Source: Arenicellales bacterium (GTDB lineage Bacteria; Pseudomonadota; Gammaproteobacteria; Arenicellales; JAJDZL01). Taken from it: a DNA stretch of 64,000 nt. Positions 27,301 to 36,300 of this stretch are shown one piece after another. A program made the position numbers and the translations under genes. Positions within the stretch are counted from its first letter, which is position 1. Every line of letters begins with the position of its first letter. The notes below the pieces were generated by a model. That model was not told the DNA's origin and searched no databases. It worked only from the letters and a program-made list of their open reading frames with translations. The stretch is taken from NCBI GenBank assembly GCA_965214615.1, contig OZ243952.1:2573734-2637733 (forward strand). Direction: 5' to 3'.

Positions 27301-30300
27301 TGGTGCCAATCGCAGAACTCGCACTTGGATCAATGCTGAAGTGATTGGTGCTGTCGAGCGTCAACTTAAAATAATGGTCACTCTCGTAGGCTTGGTCATC
27401 CGTCGTCGCAATACTCACGGTGCCGCTTCGCTGGCCTTGGGCGATGGCGAGTGTTGCCCCGCTTGCCGCCGTATAGTCTGAACTTGTCGCAACCTGATAG
27501 TCCGCATCTGTCGACTGCGCGCGCCCATCTGAAGTCGAGTAGACGATGTCCACACCGCCGCTTGGCGCTGCCTGCGGAAGCGTCACAGTGAATTCCACCG
27601 CATTACCCTCTGCAGCGCTGGCGGCCGCCAGGCTGATTCCGGCATCATCATCGACAATCGGTATCGCTATCGAACCGGCAGCGTTGATACCGCCAGAAAG
27701 TCCGGTTGAAGATGGTGCTCGGATACCTGTCCCGTAGGCAATGTTCAATACGCGGGAAGTCTGGTCGTTATTGTCAACCGCAGTGAATCTCACTGTCGCG
27801 GTTTTCGCGCCGGCACCTGAGAAAATCACCGCCAAATTCTGGCTACTGTGCGGGAGCTTCGTGTCATGAGCCACACCCGAACCACCATCTGTGAGCACAT
27901 AGGTGTAATGTCTCCGCACCGTTGCACCCGTCACTGAAAGAGGAACCGTCACACTTTCACCGTCGACCAATTCTCTGCCAAGCGTCACGGTTACATCCAC
28001 CGTACCTCCGTCCTCAGCAACCCCACCTGAGCCTGAACGAGCGAGCGTCACGGTTGTCGCATCGTCATCCAAAACATCAACCGTCGCCGAGGATGATGTT
28101 CCCGGCGTATATCCGGAACCGGAGTCCAGGGTTGCAAGGATAGCGCCATTGCGTTCATCGACTGTGTCATCTATCGTGCTGACGGTCAGTGTCGCGGTTC
28201 CCTCGTTCTGGCTGCCTGCAGCCGGGATAGTCACCTGTTTCGAACCGACATCATTGCTGTCAGCAATATTGCCAGTCTCGCTGACGGAAATATCTAAAGT
28301 GAGATCTGTCGCCGGCGCAGGTGCCGCTGTCACTGTGAAACCCGCGGCCGTCCCTTCCGTCACAGGGGACGTGCCAGGGGCAATAGTGATGTTTGGATTC
28401 GCCGGGTTGTCATTGTCCAAAATACGGATGAACCAGTAAGCATTTACATCGGCGGAACCGCCACTAAATGCATAAAAGCCGGCAGGCGGTGTTTTTGAAT
28501 CTATTGTGGCTTCAGTAGGATGGAGATCAAGCATAGAAATATGAAAAATCTCAGTTGACTCAACCGTGCTGTCATCGCTCGTTGTGAACGCGAACGTCTT
28601 GCTCGTTTCACCCGGGTCAAACGTATATAGGGTTGTGGTGCGTGGAAAAGATGACGAATTGTAGTCCCCAGGCCGCCTAGCTGTACCGACATCTGGCGGG
28701 CAGATTTCCTCTGAAAATCTATCGCAGTCAATCGAGCCAACATAGACTCTGAAACTGATACTTCGGCTTGATGGTCGGCTTAAAATGAGCTTGATTGCAC
28801 CACTGTCACCCTCAATAACAGTTGGAGCCTCAACCTTGAGCGTCGGAACAGGCACAACGGCATCATTGACCTGTAAGTCGAAGCTGTGCATTGCAGCATC
28901 TGCGTTGCGTCTGGCCCCGCCGCCGACATTCGTACGGCGAGAATTCGCGTCGAATGCCATGTCTGAACCAAGGTTAAGCGTGAATGTTTCACCACCCGCG
29001 TCGCCGCCTTCTGCAACATTGTCGATTCTCGTCTGAAGTAAAAGGGTTGCAGTTCTGGCACCCGAACCTGCAAAACGTACCACCCGGGTTCTTTCACTAA
29101 AATGAACTTCAGGCAAATTGACTCCCGAGTTAATACTCGAACCAGACTTTCTTGAAACAGACAAATCGCGCCACCATCCACTACCGCCGCCATTGATGCG
29201 CAACGGCACATCAATAATCTCACCTGCGACCAACTCTCGAGACAGCGTCACTGTAAACTCAACCGCCTCGCCTTCGTCGATAGCGCCCGACCCCACCCGT
29301 GCGAGACTCACCACCGTCGGTTCATCGTCGGTGATCTCGGCGATCGCAGAAGTCGAACTGCCCGTTTTGTAGCCGGAGCCGGAATTCACAGTCGCAACGA
29401 TGGCGGTGCCTTTGGGGTTGTCCATCTCGTCGTTCGCCGTGCCGACAGTAAAAGAGGCTGTGCCGGCGCTGTTTCCCGATGCCGGAATGGTCACCTGCCT
29501 GGCTCCGGTTTGGCCGCTTGCAGCACCGCCGCCAATATCGCTCACCGTGACATTTACAGTGATATTGGCACTTGGCGTCGGTGTCGCTGTCACCGTGAAC
29601 CTTGCACCTGTTCCCTCGGCAGGAGCAGCACCGGCAGCGATCGCGATGCTCGGGTTCGCCGGGTTGTCGTTGTCGTGAATGCGAACAAACCAATAAGCTT
29701 CAGATACCGTGGTTCCATCAGCTGGCGTACCCGCATCGAAGACAAGGTCCTTAGTTGAATTAAGCAAGTCCAGGACAAACAGGAAAGCCTCAGTTGACTC
29801 ATTGCTGTTGTCGTCAGTCGTCGCAAAGGAAATGGTCTTGACTGTCTCCCCGGGTGTAAAAGTTATTGACCCTGATGAAAAAGACAAGTCACTTGCTGTG
29901 GACGCCGCGTTCGTGCCCTGGGGACACGGAATGCTCGTTGTGCACTGACTTGCAGAGTAGTTGACAACGATTGACTGATTTACTGTATGACTCAGCGCAA
30001 TGGCTATCGTGCCGCTTTCGCCTTCGATAACGGCCGGAACATTAACTTTAAGCTTCGGTACAGCCGATGCTGCGGTGATGTCGTTGACCACAATGTCGAA
30101 ACTGCTCATTGCAGCAACCGGATTCGGGACAGCACCGCCATCCACATTGGTCCCAAGCGCACCTGCACTGAACGCTGCCTTTGTGCCGAGCGCAACATCA
30201 ATGGTTTCCAGATTCGTTCCGCCGCCCTCTGCAATGTTGTCAATCGGCGTCCCTAACACCAGTGTCGCAACTTTGGCGCGCGCACCGCTAAAACGCACGA

Positions 30301-33300
30301 CCGGAGTCGAAGTGCCGGTGCCGGAAAGACTGACACCCGTGTTGAGACTTGCACCGGCCTTTCCCAGCAAAAACCAGTCGGCAGTAGTCACGCCCGCACC
30401 GCCAATGTCGAGTGGCACGTCGACAATCTCGCTTGCAATCAGTTCTCGAACCAGTGTTACCGTGAATTCAATTTTCTGACCCTCGTCAATGGCACCTGAG
30501 CCTGTTCGCGCCAGACTCACTACTGTCGGATTAACGTCAATGATGGTGCCCATGCTGTTGAGAGTGATACCACCGCCTTCCAACGTTGCATTGTCTGCAG
30601 ATAACAGCTGCACAGTTACAGTTTCATCCATGGATTCGTCACTGTTATCGTCTAAAACAGTGATACTGATGTTTCGCGTCGTTTCACCCGCAGGAAAAAT
30701 CAACGTACCGGCGGGCAATTCATCGTAGTCAACTCCCGATGTTGCCGTACCGCCTGAAATCTCAGCATAATCGACGCTCACATCCTTTTCGCTTTGCGGT
30801 GTCAGCGTTACCGTGAACTGTAATTTGTTGCCCTCGGTGGTACTCGGGGCGTCAATCGACAGCACCGGCAAATCATCGTTGTCTTCAATTGGGAAGTCTA
30901 CCAGGCCAGAACCTGTCACACCTCCATCGAGGTTCATCGCCAAACTTGCATCAATGGCACCCAGTCCAACTATCACCGATTCCAGGTCCGTCTCATCAAC
31001 GGCATCGTCGATGCTCTTGACGGTCAGCACTGCGCGCCGCGAAGCATTGGCCGCACCGGAAAATGAGACGGTCGGCGGTTCATTGACAAGGTCAGTGCTA
31101 TCAAGATTGGTGTATGAAACACCGCTCAGCGCGACTCCCGACAGTGTGTAATCGCTGCCTAGGCTGGCATCTCCCCAAACAACAAGCGGTACAGAAAGTT
31201 TCTCATCGCCTGTAAGCGCACGGTTCAAATCGATTATGAGAGTCGTTTCACCGTCTTCGGCGATTGCGCTTTCAGCCGCAGATGAAAGCCTCACTCGAGT
31301 TGCATCATTGTCCGCAATCTCAATACTGTGACTAGATGCGGTGTCAAGTCGGGCACCGGCAGTCGCAATGAGGTCTACGGTAAACGCTTCTGTCATCTCA
31401 TCGGCAGCATCATCGCGGAGTGTCACAGTCAGTTCCTTGCTCGTGTCGTCCTTGCCGAATACGAGATCTGTACTCTTGATCACAGTGTAGTCACTGCCGC
31501 CGGTCGCAGTTGCGTCGAAGGTGGCATAGCTTAATGACGCATCAAGCAGTGTGGTACCGGTTTTCTCGACAGTAAGTGTCACTGTGCCATCACCTTCGTT
31601 CGCAGCGGTAGAGGGTGTCGAAAAACCAAATCTCGGCAAATCTTGTTCATCGGTGATGGTGCCAATTGCAGTATTCGCACTGAGATTCAAGCTGAAGTGA
31701 TTCGTACTGTCGAGCGTCAGCGTAAAATAATGATCACTCTCGTAGGTTTGATCATCTGTCGTTGCGATGCTTACGGTACCGCTTCGCTGACCTTGGGCGA
31801 TCGTGAGCGTCTCGCTGCTTGCCGAAGTGTAGTCCGCAGTGGTCGCCACCTGATGGGACGCGTCACTTTGCTCCCCGCGTCCGTTCGATGTCGAATAATC
31901 GATGCCCACACCCCCGCTTGGTGCCGCCTGCGGAAGCGTCACAGCAAACTCCACCGCATTGCCCTCTGCCGCCTGTGCGCCGGTTACGCTGATCATGTTT
32001 TCATCGTCAATAATCGGCACAGCAACAGAACCGGTTGTGGTGAGTCCACCGGAAAGTCCAGATGAGAAAGGAGCACGAACACCAGTCCCGTAGTCGACAC
32101 TTAACGTGCGAGCCGTCTGGTCGCTGTTGTCAACACCAGTAAACCTCAATATCGCACCCCTGGCACCGACACCAGAAAATATCACCGCAGGATTCTGCGT
32201 GTTGTGAGGTGACAAAGCGCTGAGCGAAATAGAATCACTGTCATCGGTCAGAGCGTAAGTGTAGTGCGTGCCCACTGTTGCACCGGTCACCACAAGCGGA
32301 ACTGTCACACTTTCACCTGCTGCCAATTGTCTTCCAAGCGTTACGGCAACATCCACAGTACCGCCGTCCTCAGAAATACCAGCCGAACCTTCCCGAGCGA
32401 GCATCACTGTCGTAGAATCGTCGTCTTCTACCTCAACCGTCGCTGAAGCCACAGCGCCCACTCTATATCTGTTACCAGGTTTTATGCTCGCGACAATCCT
32501 ACCGGTGGGCTCGTCTACTGTGTCTGCAGTAGTGACAGTCAGTGTTGCCGTACTTGCATGGCCCGTTGATGCCGGTACACTCACCGACTGTGAACCAATT
32601 TGTTTGCTGGCAGCGCCAGTGATAACCTCACTTATCGCTACGTTCACGTCAATGCCTGCCGCAGGCGCCGGGACTGCGGTCACAATGAAGGTGGCGTCTG
32701 TCCCCTCCGTAACTGGTGAATCACCAGGAGCGATGGTGACGTTTGGGTTGGCCGTGCTGTCATTGTCCACAATACGTACATACCAGTAAGCATCTGCGCC
32801 AGCAGAGTTTCTGCCTTTGCTCACGTCAGGCAGAGTTGACAAATCGATAGCAGCCTTGGAAGGATCAAGGGAATTGAGCGCAAAGTAAAAGACCTCGGTC
32901 AACTCCACGTCACTATCGTCACTCGTCGTGTAAAGCAAAGATTTGTATGTCTCACCGGGGGCGAATGTCAAACTGATTGAGGATTGAGAAAAATCGGTGG
33001 AGAAATCTTCACCCAGCTTTGCTTTTCCCGTGTCCTCTGGACACCGGGGAGCCAATGCATCCGAGCATACGAGACTCCTGACAAAAAATTGAACAGGATC
33101 GCTCACCGGATGACTTAAAACGAGTTCAATTACCCCTTTTTCACCTTCGGTGACGGCTGGAACCTTAACCTTTAGCGTCGGCGCGGACGAAGTGGCGGTG
33201 GTGTCGTTCACCTTGATTTCGAAACTGTTCATCGCAGCGCTCGCGTGCGGGTCGGCTCCGCCCCCAACATTGGTGCCAAGCACCTGTGCATCAAACGCCA

Positions 33301-36300
33301 AGTTCGAACCGAGCGAAACCTCCAAGGTTTCAGCACCCGCACCATCACCTTCTGCGAGATTGTCAGCTGGCACCCCTAGCACCAGGGTGGCAGTCTTGGT
33401 ACCCTCACCTCTGAGACGCACCATCGGCGTCGAAGTGTTTATGCCCGAGAGACGAACACCGGAATTCAGACCTGTACCAGGCTTGTCAGAAAGACCCCAA
33501 TCGTCGGTGGTTATTCCCATACCGCCAATAAGCAGCGGAACATCAATAATCTCACCGCCAACCAAAGCTCGAGACAAATCTATAGTAAACTCGACAGACT
33601 GTCCTTCGTCGACAGCACCTGATCCTACACGATTGAGGCTTACCACCGTGGGATCCTCGTCGTTAACGGCGACCGAAGCCGAGGACGACGTACCCACTAT
33701 ATAGCCGGCGCCTGCATCTAGAGTCGCAACAATATCGGGAGTGGCGCCAGTGGAGTAGTCTGTGCCATCGATGGTAGGGACGGTAAATGTCGCTGTTGTC
33801 GAACCCGCTAAAATAGACGACTGCCTCGAACGGGTCCCACCGCGGAGGGCATCGCTCGCCGTAAGATCCACAGTGAAGCTCGCAGTCGGCGCTGGCGTCG
33901 CGGTCACGGTGAAGGTCGCGGGCAATCCTTCTGCAACCGCAGAGTCGTTTGAAGCGATCGTAACGATAGGATTCGCTGAATTGTCGTTATCTTGTATGTA
34001 AACATTCCATAGAGGCCTTTGAGGCTGAATAAAGGTGTTGAAACTGTCAGGCGGCGTAGCGGAATCAATGGTGAATGGGCCAGCAAGTTCGAACACGAAA
34101 ACCTCTGTCGGTTCGCTTACATTGTCGTCGGTGATCGTGAACGGGACAGTCTTGGTCGTAACGCCTCGATTGAACACAAGCGTTCGATCTTGGAGGGAAA
34201 ACGAATAGTCGTTGGACGAAGCAGTAGTGGTACCGGAAATATCAACAACCGCAACAAGTCCTACCAACTGCTCTTCCGGAGGGTGACTCAGAGTAAATTT
34301 GAGGGTGCCGCTGTCACCTTCGGTAAATGTCGGGTATTCTACCTTGAGTGTCGGCACGCCAACTGCTGCAACATCGTTTACCTTGACTTCAAAGCGGTGC
34401 ATTGCGGGATTTGGATGCGGATTCGCACCACCACCGACATTGGTGCCCAGCGTGTTCGAGCCAAACGCCTCGCTAGAACCGAGCGCGAGCGCAAAAGTCT
34501 CAAAGTTCGACCCATTACCCTCCGCAGTGTAGTCACGTTTTGCTGTGAGTATCAGTGTCGCGGACTTGGCACCCGCTCCGGTGAAAATTACCACTGGAGT
34601 TGAACTTAGAAGACGCGATAAACTGACGCCTTTATTGAGTTTGGCATCAGAGTGTTTAGAAAGATTCCAATCGGCAGGCACTACCCCCGCGCCGCCGATC
34701 TCCAGCGGTACATGGACAATCTCACCAGCCTTCAGTGCTCGACCCAGCGTTACCTTGAATTCAACCGCCTCACCCTCGTCAATGGGACCAAAACCTGTCC
34801 GTGCGAGACTGACGACCGTAGGGTCACCGTCTTCAATCTCAACTGACGCGGAAATCGATTTTGCAATCGTGTAGCCGGTTCCCGAATCCACGGTCGCGAC
34901 GATGGTGCCGACGGTACCAGTGGGGTCGTCTACTCCGTCAGACGTACGGACGCTGAATGTCGCTGTATTCGCTGCCGCCGGAAACAACACCTGCTTCGAT
35001 CCGATCTCTGCGCTCGGCGCTCCATTGCCGGTCCCACTGACCATCATATTTACGTTAAAACTGTCTGCTGGAGTTGGCGTCGCAGTCAACGTAAAGGTCG
35101 CAGGGGATCCCTCTGTTACTGACGATGTGCCAGGAGCTATGGTGATATTTGGGTTTTTCGGGTTATCGTTGTCCAAAATACGGACATACCAGTAAGCTTC
35201 TACATCACCGGACCCGCCGCCACTTGTTGACAAAAAGCCGTAAGGCGGTGTTTTTGGATCTATTGTGGCTTCACTGGGGTGGAGACCCTGCAAACCGATC
35301 AAAAAAACTTCAGTGGACTCAACCGTGCTGTCATCGGTCGTCGTGAACGCAAACGTCTTGCTCGTTTCACCCGGGGCAAACGTATAACTGGTTGTGGTTA
35401 CTGGAAAAGATGCCGACTTGTAGTCCGCAGACCATGTAGCTTCATCGACACCTGGCGGGCAGACAGACGATGAGATTTGACTGCAACCAGCCCCGACAAA
35501 AAAGAGTCTGATATCGATACTTTGGCTTACTGGTCGGCTTAAAGTGAACTTGATTGTACCGCTGTCACCCTCAACAACAGTTGGAGCCTCGACTTTGAGC
35601 GTCGGAACAGGCAATACGAAGTCATTGACCTGTAACTCGAAGCTGTGCATTGCAGCATCCGTGTTGCGCCTGGCACCACCGCCGACATTGGTAAGGCGAG
35701 AATTCGCGTCGAATGCCGTGTCTGAACCAAGGATAAGCGTGAATGTTTCGCCACCCGCGTCGCCGCCTTCTGCAACATAGTCAATGTTCGTCTGCAGCAA
35801 AAGGGTTGCAGTTCTGGCTCCAGAATCTCTAAAACGCACCACCTTCGTTCTTTCAAAAACAGAAACTTCGGGCAAAGTGACTCCCGAGTTGATACTCGAA
35901 CCAGACTTCTTGGAAACAGACCAATCGCGCGACCAATTACTACCGCCGCCATTGATGCGCAACGGCACATCAATAATCTCACCTGCGACCAACTCTCGAG
36001 ACAGTGTCACTGTAAACTCAGCCGTCTCACCTTCGGTGACAGCGCCCGAACCCACGCGTGCGAGGCTCACCACTGTGGGATCATCGTCGGTGATCTCAAC
36101 CGTAGCCGAGGACGATGTACCCACTGTATAACCGGTTCCTGAATTCAAGGTCGCAACGACAGTACCACTGCTCCCTTTAGGCTTATCCACATCGTCTTGC
36201 ACTGTCCCGATGGTAAATGTCGCCGAACCCGCATTGTTCCCTGATGCTGGAATGGTCACTTGTCTCAAGATAGACTGATTGGTACCCTGGCTGCCTTCCC

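Noticed and set aside
12574-35982. Minus-strand ORFs 12574..12930, 28780..29223 and 35539..35982 ('MRLLMCRCASM...', Arg/Cys-rich), plus other minus ORFs such as 29322..29693.
   Set aside because: They lie in the two minus frames not used by the giant ORF (upper coordinate = 0 or 2 mod 3) and are fully embedded in it. They are off-frame artefacts of three near-identical repeat copies.
117-36131. About 150 plus-strand ORFs of 60-240 aa (families such as MSTPPLGAACGSVTVNSTALPSG..., MPGGQGGVFK..., M..PEPVRARLTTVGS..., ..VTVKLASVPSVTGDVPGAIVMFGFAGLSLS) with low-complexity Ser/Thr/Pro/Val-rich products.
   Set aside because: They are antisense shadows of the giant minus-strand gene. They recur with the same periodicity as its modules and have no start or RBS context. 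Their sequences are the reverse-complement reading of conserved Calx-beta codons. They are useful only as markers of module types.
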